Below, one piece after another: positions 28,961 through 37,897 of a DNA stretch of 64,000 nt. This stretch comes from Solirubrobacterales bacterium (lineage in GTDB: Bacteria > Actinomycetota > Thermoleophilia > Solirubrobacterales > 70-9): the NCBI GenBank assembly GCA_035573435.1, contig DATMZR010000031.1:214066-278065 (forward strand), written 5' to 3'. Both the position numbers and the translations under genes were made by a program. Each line of letters begins with the position of its first letter. Positions within the stretch are counted from its first letter, which is position 1. The notes under the pieces were generated by a model, which saw only the letters and a program-made list of their open reading frames with translations, was not told the origin of the DNA and made no database searches.

Positions 28961-31204
28961 GTGCCCAGGGCGCGGGTCGGGATGGGGATTGTGCTTGCCG
29001 GTTCGGTTGCCGCCGTCGCGCTCTGGGGCGGGACGGCCACGGCCAGCGGATCCCTCTACCAGGGCCCCGCCCCGCGGCCCGGCCCCGACATCCTTTACCG
29101 GCCGGCGGCGAAGGCGCCGCAGCTCCAAAACAGCGGCATCTGGCGGGCCAACCCGATCCTGATCTCGGGCGCAAGCGCGTACCGGCGGGGGGAGTTCCTC
29201 TACCAGGACTTCCTCTACGACGACCACGGCGCGCACGGCGAGTCTCGCGACCCCGGCGACCCTCGCACCGGGGAAGACAGCTTCTCGGCCCCCAATGGCA
29301 CCTACACGTACCCGACCGACCCGGCATACGCGAACAACGCCGCCGACCTGGTCGAGCTGCGGGTGAAGCCGCTCCCCGATGCCACCGCCTTTCGGATCAC
29401 CCTCAACACACTCAAGGACCCTCCGTTGGTGGCTACCACGATCGCAATCGGCAGCTCGGCGGAGCCCCGTGAGTTCCCCCATGGGGCGAACGTGAGCGCA
29501 CCGGCCGCTTTCTTCCTCACCGTCCATGGCAACCACGGTGAGCTCGTACGCGCCAGCGACTCGAAGGTGCTCAACCCGGCGCCGCAGGTTTCCATCGACG
29601 CGCAGCGGCGCCAGATCCGGGTCCTCGTTCCCCACAGCGTCTGGAATCCCGGCGAGCGCACCATTCGCCTTGCTGCCGGCGTCGGGTTATGGAACAGGGC
29701 GACAGGGCGGTATCGCGTCCCCGCCGAGGGCGCCACCGCCGATCGTCCCGGGGGCGCCGCCGGGCTCACTGATCCCGCGGCCTTCTTCAATGTCGCCTTC
29801 CGCTTCGGGGAGCCTTGGCAGCACACGTTCCCTCCCAACACCGTGTTCAGCGACGCGGCTTGGTGGCGTGACCGCCAGCAGGGCAACGCGCTCGCCGAGA
29901 ACAACATCTCCGCGTTTTTCGCCAAGGTTGATTTCGCCAAGCTGGTGGCCGGGGTCACGGACAACCAGTACGGCAAGCCAGGCGGCGTGCCACGAAGCGG
30001 CCCGATGGACCGGATCGTCGCCAGCCACTTCGAGACCAAGCAGGGCGCCGACTACTCGACCACCTGCGGCAGCCCCAATGACTGCCAGGGGGAGCTCCGT
30101 GGGCGGCTTCAGCCCTATGCGATCTACGTTCCCAAAAAGCCCACCCCCTCAGGAGGCTACGGACTGACCCTCCTGCTCCACTCGCTCGGTGCGAACTACA
30201 ACCAGTTCGGCGACAGCCGCAACCAGTCGCAGTTCGGCGATCGCGGGCCGGGATCCATCGTGATCACGCCCGAGGGCCGCGGCCCGGACGGCTGGTACTA
30301 CGGCCACGCGGGGGCCGACGCCTTCGAGGTCTGGGCGGACGTCGCCAGGCGCTACCGGCTCGATCCGCAATGGACGGCGATCGCCGGCTACTCGATGGGC
30401 GGTTACGGCACCTACAAGTTCGCGACTCAGTACCCGGACCTGTTCGCGCGAGCGAACCCTGTCGTCGGCCCCCCGGGTCTTGGGGTCTGGGTGCCGCCCT
30501 CCCCGCCGCAACCGGGTGGCGCCGCGAGCAACACCAACCGCATGCTGGCCTCGGTCCGGCAGATCCCCTTCCTGATCTGGAACGGAAGCGAGGACGAGCT
30601 GGTCCCGGTCGCCGGCGCGACGGCACAGGCGCAGACGTTCGACGACCTGGGCTATCGCTACAGGTTCGACCTGTTCACGAACGCGGACCACTTCGCGCTC
30701 GCCGTCAACGACCAGTACGCCCCGGCCGCGGCCTTCCTCGGCACAAGCGAGGTCAACCGGAACCCCGCCCACGTGACTTACGTCGTCAATCCGACCATGG
30801 ACTTTCCCTCCGCTGGCACGGTTGCCAATCACGCTTACTGGCTCTCGGGCCTCGCGCTGCGTGACCGCAGCGGCAACGCGCCTCTTGGGCGGGTGGACGC
30901 ACGCTCGGAGGGGTTCGGGCTGATCGACCCGGCGAAGAACCCCACCCAAACCGGTCCCGGGACACTCGAAGGCGGCAATCTGGGCACCATGCCCTACAAC
31001 GAGCGCCTGAAGACCTGGGATCCCGGCACCAGCACCACCGCACACCAAGTGCTCCACCTCAACGCCCAGAACCTGGCCCAGGTGGTCGTGCATCCCGCCC
31101 GCGCGCGCCTCAGCTGCAATGCGCACCTGGACGTCACCACCGATGGGCCCCTGACCTTGAGACTCGCGGGCTGCGGCCGAACCCTGACGTTCGGCGGCAG
31201 CTAG
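28961..31204 (+). CDS. Secreted multidomain protein with alpha/beta-hydrolase (esterase/peptidase-like) domain
   Basis: The GTG at 28961 gives a signal peptide VPRARVGMGIVLAGSVAAVALWGGTATA/SG. Nucleophile elbow IAGYSMGGYGT (GxSxG) preceded by LLLHSLGANYNQF. The N-terminal roughly 400 aa have no motif I recognise. Confidence 0.6.
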   Translation: MPRARVGMGIVLAGSVAAVALWGGTATASGSLYQGPAPRPGPDILYRPAAKAPQLQNSGIWRANPILISGASAYRRGEFLYQDFLYDDHGAHGESRDPGDPRTGEDSFSAPNGTYTYPTDPAYANNAADLVELRVKPLPDATAFRITLNTLKDPPLVATTIAIGSSAEPREFPHGANVSAPAAFFLTVHGNHGELVRASDSKVLNPAPQVSIDAQRRQIRVLVPHSVWNPGERTIRLAAGVGLWNRATGRYRVPAEGATADRPGGAAGLTDPAAFFNVAFRFGEPWQHTFPPNTVFSDAAWWRDRQQGNALAENNISAFFAKVDFAKLVAGVTDNQYGKPGGVPRSGPMDRIVASHFETKQGADYSTTCGSPNDCQGELRGRLQPYAIYVPKKPTPSGGYGLTLLLHSLGANYNQFGDSRNQSQFGDRGPGSIVITPEGRGPDGWYYGHAGADAFEVWADVARRYRLDPQWTAIAGYSMGGYGTYKFATQYPDLFARANPVVGPPGLGVWVPPSPPQPGGAASNTNRMLASVRQIPFLIWNGSEDELVPVAGATAQAQTFDDLGYRYRFDLFTNADHFALAVNDQYAPAAAFLGTSEVNRNPAHVTYVVNPTMDFPSAGTVANHAYWLSGLALRDRSGNAPLGRVDARSEGFGLIDPAKNPTQTGPGTLEGGNLGTMPYNERLKTWDPGTSTTAHQVLHLNAQNLAQVVVHPARARLSCNAHLDVTTDGPLTLRLAGCGRTLTFGGS

Positions 31205-31252
31205 CTCGCCCCAAGGCAGGGCGCGCTACTCGCTAGCCTTGGCCGCTCGCCG

Positions 31253-31684
31253 ATGGACCTCTTCCTAGCCACCTGCCAGGGGATCGGGCTGTCGCTCGCG
31301 GCCGGCACCTTTGCGGGCGCCTCCGGGCGCCGCGGGACGGTCGGCTTCCTGCTCGCGGCCGCGGCGGCGATCGGCGGTGGAATCCTGTTCGGCGCGTCGC
31401 TGTCCACGGCGGACCACCCCGCCTGGCCGGGCTGGCTGGTGGGGGCCGTGATCGCCGTCTTCACCTTCGGGATTGTCAACGGCGTCGTCGCGGGCGCCCT
31501 GGCGCGGCACGAGGGTGCCTCGTCGATCGGCATCATTGTCGCGCCGGGAGCCCTGGTCCTCGCCGTTGTGTCGCTCTTCGTCGAGCCGATCGCATTGGTC
31601 GCGCTGGTGGCGATCGTTTGGCTTGGCTCCGCCCGCCGGCGGCGGGCACAACGCAAGTACGAGGGGCTGCGGGTGCTCCGATGA
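31253..31684 (+). CDS. Small integral membrane protein (4 predicted TM helices)
   Basis: 143 aa, Gly/Ala-rich hydrophobic segments, basic C-terminus. ATGA overlap with the downstream gene suggests translational coupling. Confidence 0.5.
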   Translation: MDLFLATCQGIGLSLAAGTFAGASGRRGTVGFLLAAAAAIGGGILFGASLSTADHPAWPGWLVGAVIAVFTFGIVNGVVAGALARHEGASSIGIIVAPGALVLAVVSLFVEPIALVALVAIVWLGSARRRRAQRKYEGLRVLR

Positions 31685-33273
31685 GCTACCCGCCTTCTCC
31701 GCCGTCAGACTCGCTTCGACGAATGCCAGCGACTCGCAAGCTCTGCCTGATCGTCGTCGACTCGCTTCGCACCGACATGCTCCTGCGGGCTTCGGCCGAC
31801 GGCTTGGCGCCAAACTTCGCTGCCCTGCTCGAACGCGGCTCGCTGGTCGGCGACTGCGTCTCGTCTTTCCCGTCGGTCACCCCCGTCGCCTGCTCGGAGC
31901 TCACCACCGGCGTTGGCCCGGACCAGCACGGCATCAGCGGCATGAACTGGTACCACCGAGCCGAGCAACGGTACGTCGAGTACGGATCCTCGCTGGAGGC
32001 AACTCGCGCTTTCGGTCTCTTCAGGACCCTCTACGACACCGTCTACAACCTGAACATGGCCCATCTCTCCCACGAGGTGGACACCATCTTCGAGAGCCTC
32101 GGCGACGCCGGGATACGGACTGCGGTGACGCCGTTCCTCATCTATCGCGGCCGCCGACGGCATGAGCTCAGCCTCGAGGGGCTGATGCGACGGGTGGCGG
32201 TGGCGGCGAACTTCCGCCATGCGGTCTGGGGACCCGACGAGCTCTTCTACGGAGAGCTGTACGCGAGCCGCCGCGTGCCCTGCAAGGCGACGCTGGCGCG
32301 GCCGGGCACCCGCGACAGCTACTCGGCGTGCGTGGGCCGGGAGCTGGTCCGGGAGGACCTGTACGACTTCCTGCTCTTCTCGCTGCCCGACAACGACCAC
32401 CACACTCACACCCACGGTGTCGACGCGATGCTCGACTCGATCTCGCACGCCGACCGCAGCTTCGGCGAGATCGTGGACGAGACCGGTGGAATTGACGCCT
32501 TCCTCGACGCCCACTCAGTGATCTTGGTGGCCGATCACGCGCAGACCGACGTCAGGGCGGCCGTGCCGCTGGCGACGGCGCTGGGCACCCACTGGACCGT
32601 GCTGGCGGCGAACGCAGAGCGGCCGGCGCCGGCTGAGCTCGCGGTGAGCCCGACGGCGCGGGCGGCTGGGATCTACCTGCTGGCAGAGGGTCGGCGCCGC
32701 GCGACGATCCACGCGGGGGTGCGCGCCCGCCTTCGTGCCCTCGACGGAGTTGACCTGATCGCATGGCTCAGCTCCGACAACGGCTCCGGCCCAGAGGCGG
32801 TGGTCGACACGGCGCGCGGGGAGCTCCGCTTTCGCCCTGGCTCGCAACTGTCCGATCGGCGGGGCGCCCGCTGGGATGTCGAGGGCGAGCCCGCCGCCTT
32901 GTCCCTGAGGCCTGTCGATGGTGTCCTTGACGACGCCGACTATCCCGACGGCCTGGCGCGCCTATGGTCGGCGCTGACGGCGCCGACCGCGGGGGATCTG
33001 CTGGTCTCCCTGGAAGACGGCTACGAGTGCGTGGACTGGGGCGGGTCCACGCACGTCGGAGGCGCCAGCCACGGCGCCCTCCACGCCGGCGACTCGCTTG
33101 GACCGTTGGTGCTCTGCGGCTTGGAGGCCGGTGTCGAGGACGCACGCCAGCAGTGGGCGCTCCGCGACATCGCAGGGTTGGTGCTGGACCACTTCGGCCT
33201 GGTGGGCGAGGCAAACATCAGGGCGTCCGAGGCTCGCAGCGGAACCGAGATCGAGGCGGGGGTCGCCAGGTGA
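31681..33273 (+). CDS. Alkaline-phosphatase-superfamily protein (nucleotide pyrophosphatase/phosphodiesterase-like)
   Basis: ORF trimmed to the ATG at 31681. LCLIVVDSLRTDML, FPSVTPVACSELTTGVGPDQHGI (Thr nucleophile context) and LVADHAQTD. Confidence 0.65.
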   Translation: MSYPPSPPSDSLRRMPATRKLCLIVVDSLRTDMLLRASADGLAPNFAALLERGSLVGDCVSSFPSVTPVACSELTTGVGPDQHGISGMNWYHRAEQRYVEYGSSLEATRAFGLFRTLYDTVYNLNMAHLSHEVDTIFESLGDAGIRTAVTPFLIYRGRRRHELSLEGLMRRVAVAANFRHAVWGPDELFYGELYASRRVPCKATLARPGTRDSYSACVGRELVREDLYDFLLFSLPDNDHHTHTHGVDAMLDSISHADRSFGEIVDETGGIDAFLDAHSVILVADHAQTDVRAAVPLATALGTHWTVLAANAERPAPAELAVSPTARAAGIYLLAEGRRRATIHAGVRARLRALDGVDLIAWLSSDNGSGPEAVVDTARGELRFRPGSQLSDRRGARWDVEGEPAALSLRPVDGVLDDADYPDGLARLWSALTAPTAGDLLVSLEDGYECVDWGGSTHVGGASHGALHAGDSLGPLVLCGLEAGVEDARQQWALRDIAGLVLDHFGLVGEANIRASEARSGTEIEAGVAR

Positions 33274-33791
33274 GGCAGGTCGAGGAGGCCCAGCCGGCGG
33301 CGCCGGCGGCCCTCGGTCGGAGCGAGCGGGCCCGAGACGCCACCGCCCGTGCCGCGGATTGGACCTGGCAGCTCGCCCTTCGCATCCACCTCGGTACCCG
33401 AAAGCCGGAGAACTGGGCAAAGCTGTTCAAGTTCGGCGTCATCGGCGTCAGCGGTTATGTGATCAACCTTGCCGTCTTCGCCGCCCTCAACGAAGCTTTC
33501 GGCGTTCACCACATCCTCGCCGCGGTGGGGGCTTTCTGCGTCGCCGTGACCAACAACTTCGTCTGGAACCGCCATTGGACGTTCCGAGCCGCCGGGGGCC
33601 ACGCGGGCTTTCAGGCGGCGCGCTTCCTGACCGTCAGCGTCCTGGCCCTGGGCGTAAACCTGATCCTGCTGTATCTCCTGGTTGACATCGCCGGAGGGCC
33701 CGAGGTTCCCTCGCAGGCGATCTCGGTGGCCGCTGCGATGCCTTTCAACTTCATCGGCAACAAGCTGTGGACCTTCGGCGAAGGGCGCTGA
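33270..33791 (+). CDS. GtrA-family membrane protein
   Basis: GTGA overlap with the upstream stop. KFGVIGVSGYVINLAVF...NNFVWNRHWTF...PFNFIGNKLWTF are GtrA hallmarks. Confidence 0.8.
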   Translation: MRQVEEAQPAAPAALGRSERARDATARAADWTWQLALRIHLGTRKPENWAKLFKFGVIGVSGYVINLAVFAALNEAFGVHHILAAVGAFCVAVTNNFVWNRHWTFRAAGGHAGFQAARFLTVSVLALGVNLILLYLLVDIAGGPEVPSQAISVAAAMPFNFIGNKLWTFGEGR

Positions 33792-35539
33792 GGCGGGCCG
33801 CGCTCGCCGCTTCGGTCTCGATCGCCCTCGCGCTGCCCGCCCCGGCCATCGGCCAGGGAGCTCCTGCGCCCGGCTCCACCTCGGCCGCGAAGGAAGGATC
33901 CTCCGCGACGACGACCCCGCCGGCCGGACCAGGCCTCCTGGCGCCGAATCTGGTCGAGGCGAGGGCGATCAGCACCGCCCGCACCGCCCCCGAAGTCGCC
34001 GAGCAGCGCCGGCGCTACGGCCGGCTGACCGCCACGGCTCAGGCCAAACCGGGCGCCTGGCAAGTGGACTTCTTCGCCGACGGCACGGAGCGCGTGCAGG
34101 TGATCGTGGACGACGCGACCGGGACCGTGCGCGAGTCCTGGACCGGCTACCAGATCGCCTGGCAGATGGCCCGCGGGTACCCGAACCAGTTCGGCCACAA
34201 GCTGAACGCTCCCTATGTTTGGTTGCCGCTGGCGGCGATCTTCCTCCTTGGCCTGCTCGACTGGCGCCGCAAGTGGCGCGTCGTGCATCTCGACCTGCTC
34301 GTCCTGCTGTCGTTCGGCATCTCGCTGATCTACTTCAACACCGGCAACATCGGCGTCAGCGTGCCGCTGGTCTACCCGCCGCTTGCCTATCTGCTCGGGC
34401 GAATGCTCTGGACGGGGTTCCGCGGTGCCGGCGAAGGCCTGCGGCCGTCGGCGCCCACAGCCTGGCTGGCGATCGGCGGTGCGTTCCTGCTCGGCTTTCG
34501 AGTCGCTCTCAACATCGCCGACTCGGGCGTGATCGATGTCGGCTATGCCGGGGTGATCGGCGCCGACCACATAGCCCATGGCCAGACCGGGTGGGGCGCG
34601 AGCGCGTTCCCCGCGGACAATTCCTTCGGCGACACCTACGGCCCCTTCAACTACTTCGCATACATCCCCTTCGAGCTCGTCCTGCCCTGGAACGGCGCCT
34701 GGGACGACCTCCCGGCGGCGCATGCCGCCGCGATCGCCTTCGATCTGGTGACAGTGGCGGGGCTCTTTGCGCTCGGGCGCCGGCTCGGCGGGACCCGCGT
34801 CGGCGTCATCCTCGGCTTCGCCTGGGCCGCTTACCCATTCACGGACTATGCCCTGCAGTCGAACTCGAACGACACGCTGATCGCGGCGCTCCTCGTCTGG
34901 GCGCTGGTCTTCTTCGCCTCTCCGATCAAACGCGGTGTCCTGCTGGCCCTGGCGACGCTCGCCAAGTTCGCCCCGCTGGCGCTCGCGCCCTTGTTCGCCA
35001 CCGGCGAGCGCGGGCTCGTCCGCCGCGGCGACCGGCGGCGCGAAGCGATCGCCCTCCCGTGGTTACGCCCGCTCGCCTTCTTCTCGATCGCCTTCATCGG
35101 CGGGGTCGCAGTGATGCTCGCCCTCCCCGCCATCGACCCAGGTCTGGCCACCTTCTACGAGCGCACCATCGAGAGCCAGATAGACCGTTCCTCGCCGTTC
35201 AGCATCTGGGGGCAAGAGGGCTCTCTTGAATGGCTACAGACGCTCGTCAAAGCTTTCGCGGTGGGCCTGGCCCTGCTCGTTGCCTTCGTCCCCGCGCGGC
35301 GCTCGGTGCCGCAGGTCGCGGCGCTCGCAGCCGCGGTCCTGATCGCCGTTCAGCTCACAGCCGAGCACTGGTTCTACCTATACATCCCGTGGTTCTTCGG
35401 CCTCGCGATCGTGGGGCTCATTGGTCGTCCCCGACCGGCGGAGAAATGGCGCGGACCGGTCCTCCAGGGTGTACCTACGGTGGCGCCGGAACCAGCACCT
35501 GCTCGATCGACTCCGACAGCCCATCGTCGCGTACCTTGA
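33767..35539 (+). CDS. Polytopic membrane protein, putative GT-C-type glycosyltransferase (DUF2029-like)
   Basis: 590 aa. N-terminal signal/anchor, an extracytoplasmic segment, then more than 10 hydrophobic helices. Operon context with GtrA and the AlkP-family enzyme. The family assignment is tentative. The 3' end overlaps convergent ymdB by 65 nt. Confidence 0.45.
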   Translation: MDLRRRALRRAALAASVSIALALPAPAIGQGAPAPGSTSAAKEGSSATTTPPAGPGLLAPNLVEARAISTARTAPEVAEQRRRYGRLTATAQAKPGAWQVDFFADGTERVQVIVDDATGTVRESWTGYQIAWQMARGYPNQFGHKLNAPYVWLPLAAIFLLGLLDWRRKWRVVHLDLLVLLSFGISLIYFNTGNIGVSVPLVYPPLAYLLGRMLWTGFRGAGEGLRPSAPTAWLAIGGAFLLGFRVALNIADSGVIDVGYAGVIGADHIAHGQTGWGASAFPADNSFGDTYGPFNYFAYIPFELVLPWNGAWDDLPAAHAAAIAFDLVTVAGLFALGRRLGGTRVGVILGFAWAAYPFTDYALQSNSNDTLIAALLVWALVFFASPIKRGVLLALATLAKFAPLALAPLFATGERGLVRRGDRRREAIALPWLRPLAFFSIAFIGGVAVMLALPAIDPGLATFYERTIESQIDRSSPFSIWGQEGSLEWLQTLVKAFAVGLALLVAFVPARRSVPQVAALAAAVLIAVQLTAEHWFYLYIPWFFGLAIVGLIGRPRPAEKWRGPVLQGVPTVAPEPAPARSTPTAHRRVP

Positions 35540-36254
35540 CGGCCACGGCGTTGACCCACACGTCCTCGTCGGCGGTATCGAACTTCACGGGCATCTGGGT
35601 GCGGAAGCCCTCCAGCGCCTGCTCGCGGCGCACCCCGATCACGCCCGCACGCGAACCCGTCATCCCGACGTCGGTGATGAACGCCGTGCCACCCGGCAGG
35701 ATCCGCGCGTCCGCGGTGGGGACGTGGGTGTGGGTTCCGAGGCAGGCGGCCACTCGGCCGTCGAGGTGCCACCCCATCGCCACCTTTTCGCTGGTCACCT
35801 CGGCGTGGAAGTCGACGATCACCGCGTCCGCCTTGTCTGTGAGCTCGGAGAGCTGCGCGTCAGCCTCGGCGAACGGGGAGCGGGCGACCCGGAGCTGGAC
35901 CGCGCCGCTCAGGTTCAGCACGCCCACGCGCTTCCCCGCAGCCTCGACGATCGTCGCCCCACGTCCGGGATTTCCAACCGGGTAGTTGGCCGGGCGAACC
36001 ACTCGGTCGGAGCGGTCGAGGAACTCATACGCCTGCCGATGGCGGTAGACGTGGTTGCCGGTGGTGATCACGTCGACGCCGATCTCGAACAGCGCGTTGG
36101 CCGTCTTCTCGGTGATCCCGAGGCCACCTGCGGAGTTCTCGCCGTTGGCGATCACGAGGTCGGGCGAGTATCGCTGGCGAAGCTCGGGCATCGCTGCGGC
36201 GAGCCCGTCTCGGCCGGGACTGCCCACGATGTCGGCGATGAAGAGGACGCGCAC
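35475..36254 (-). CDS. ymdB: YmdB-like metallophosphoesterase (TIGR00282 family)
   Basis: MRVLFIADIVGSPGR...VIANGENSAGGLGIT...VITTGNHVY...DFHAEVTSEK...GTHTHVPTAD. Confidence 0.85.
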   Translation of the reverse strand: MRVLFIADIVGSPGRDGLAAAMPELRQRYSPDLVIANGENSAGGLGITEKTANALFEIGVDVITTGNHVYRHRQAYEFLDRSDRVVRPANYPVGNPGRGATIVEAAGKRVGVLNLSGAVQLRVARSPFAEADAQLSELTDKADAVIVDFHAEVTSEKVAMGWHLDGRVAACLGTHTHVPTADARILPGGTAFITDVGMTGSRAGVIGVRREQALEGFRTQMPVKFDTADEDVWVNAVAVKVRDDGLSESIEQVLVPAPP

Positions 36255-36303
36255 GGGCGAGAGAGCCTAGTGGGCCGACGACGGGCCGCACGTGGAGCGT
36301 GAC

Positions 36304-36338
36304 GACCCGTGCGGTCCCCCCTGCGGACCGCACGGGTC
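36304..36338 (-). terminator. Perfect 14-bp hairpin downstream of the 36353..37015 gene
   Basis: GACCCGTGCGGTCC-(7 nt loop)-GGACCGCACGGGTC. There is no U-tract, as is common in high-GC actinobacteria. Confidence 0.45.
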
Positions 36339-36352
36339 GGCTCGCTCGGGTG

Positions 36353-37015
36353 TTAGTTGATCGGCGGCCGGTAGCCGGCGGCCACGGCGAGCTCGCGGCG
36401 CACAAGCTTGACCAGGCCGGCTGCGTCCGTCGCGTTGCTGGTGGGCCAGCGCTTGGCGACGGCAAGGTACAGCCCGCTCGAAGATTCGTCGGCCACGTGG
36501 ACCGGGTCGCATAGCCCGCGGAAGACCCGGGTCGGAAGCCAGCAGCTCAAGACCCAGTCCTGGCCCACCAGGATCTGCAGCGGCTCGAAGATGGAGGCGG
36601 CCGGATGGCCGCCGGCGACCTTTCGTCCGTTGCCGTTTGCCGCTTCGCTTCCGTTGGTGACCGGGTCGAGGTGACGGATCCGGAAGCCCGAGGTCATGAT
36701 CACCTCGCTGTCGCGGTAGCTCCCCCCGGTAGCGAACCGCTTCGGCGTGATCAGGTCGCGGACCATCTTCGCCGTGAGCTCGCCACGGCAGATGGGAGCG
36801 AGCAGCGCCAGGACCTCGCTGTTGCCCAGGTCCCCGCCGTAGATGTCGACCCAGCGGATCCCATCGGCCCACTCGAGGTCCTGCAACGGCAGCGGCTCTG
36901 GATCCATACGGGGAAGCCAAACGCTCGCCTGGCGGATCAATCGCGCCGACTCCTTGCTGCTCAGCCGCGCGATCTCGCTCAGTGGCTCTATTGAATGGGC
37001 TGCTGGCGTGCTCAT
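36353..37015 (-). CDS. Hypothetical soluble protein resembling the cytoplasmic N-terminal domain of CorA-type channels (no TM/GMN region)
   Basis: 220 aa. The pattern IRWVDIYGGDLGNSEVLALLAPI...ITPKRF...EPLQILVGQDWVLSCW parallels the CorA N-domain layout as I recall it. No hydrophobic C-terminus. Confidence 0.4.
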   Translation of the reverse strand: MSTPAAHSIEPLSEIARLSSKESARLIRQASVWLPRMDPEPLPLQDLEWADGIRWVDIYGGDLGNSEVLALLAPICRGELTAKMVRDLITPKRFATGGSYRDSEVIMTSGFRIRHLDPVTNGSEAANGNGRKVAGGHPAASIFEPLQILVGQDWVLSCWLPTRVFRGLCDPVHVADESSSGLYLAVAKRWPTSNATDAAGLVKLVRRELAVAAGYRPPIN

Positions 37016-37061
37016 CGGTCCTCCCTAACCTCGCCCAACTAACAAGTGGCGCCGCCAGAAG

Positions 37062-37865
37062 TTGCGCCCCCGGATGCGGTGTTTCATGGCATTGCCGGAC
37101 GACCCAATACCGTTCCTCGGCGTGTTCGGTGAATCCGCCACCACCGGCCGCTCCACCGACGGCCGGGTGGTGATCGAGACCCAGGGGCTGGTGAAGCGCT
37201 TCGGTGAGCGCGAGGCCCTCAAGGGGGTCAGCTTCGCTGCGCATCGGGGGGAGCTGCTGGCGGTGATCGGCCCCAACGGCGCCGGCAAGACCACACTGCT
37301 CTCGATTCTCGCGGGGATCCGGCGCCAGGACGGCGGCACCGTCAGCCGGGATCCCGGCGAGATCGGCTGGATCCCGCAACAGGCGGCGCTCTACCGGCGT
37401 CTGACCGTGGCGGAGAACCTGCGTCTGTTCGCGCACCTCGAAAAGGTCCCTGATGCGGATGCGGCGGTCGACGAGATGCTCGAGCAGACTGGCCTCGGCG
37501 AGCGCCGCGACGACCAGGTGGGGACCCTGTCGGGCGGAAACCAGCAGCGGATCAACATCGCGATCGGCCTCCTTGCTCGGCCCGTGGTCCTGCTGCTGGA
37601 CGAGCCCAGCGCCGGGCTCGACCCCCGTCAGCGGGAGCGCCTTTGGGAGTTCGTGTTGGGCCTTGCGGGGGCCGGCACGACGGTGATCTTCTCCACGCAC
37701 AACATCGCCGAGGCCGAGCGCTATGGCCAGCGGCTGCTCGTGCTTGCAGATGGCGAGGCTCTTTTCGATGGCACCTCGAACGATCTGCACGCGGCCGTTC
37801 CCGAGTCGGGCGCCCGCGACTTCGAGCAGGCATTCGTCGCCTTTCTGCGAGATCGAGGTCATTGA
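37062..37865 (+). CDS. ABC transporter ATP-binding protein (ABC-2 exporter type)
   Basis: Walker A GPNGAGKTTLL, signature LSGGNQQR, Walker B VLLLDEPSAGLD. The start is ambiguous; ATG 37086 is an alternative. Confidence 0.85.
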   Translation: MRPRMRCFMALPDDPIPFLGVFGESATTGRSTDGRVVIETQGLVKRFGEREALKGVSFAAHRGELLAVIGPNGAGKTTLLSILAGIRRQDGGTVSRDPGEIGWIPQQAALYRRLTVAENLRLFAHLEKVPDADAAVDEMLEQTGLGERRDDQVGTLSGGNQQRINIAIGLLARPVVLLLDEPSAGLDPRQRERLWEFVLGLAGAGTTVIFSTHNIAEAERYGQRLLVLADGEALFDGTSNDLHAAVPESGARDFEQAFVAFLRDRGH

Positions 37866-37897
37866 TCCCGAGCTTCGATTACGCGAGGGCTTAGCCC

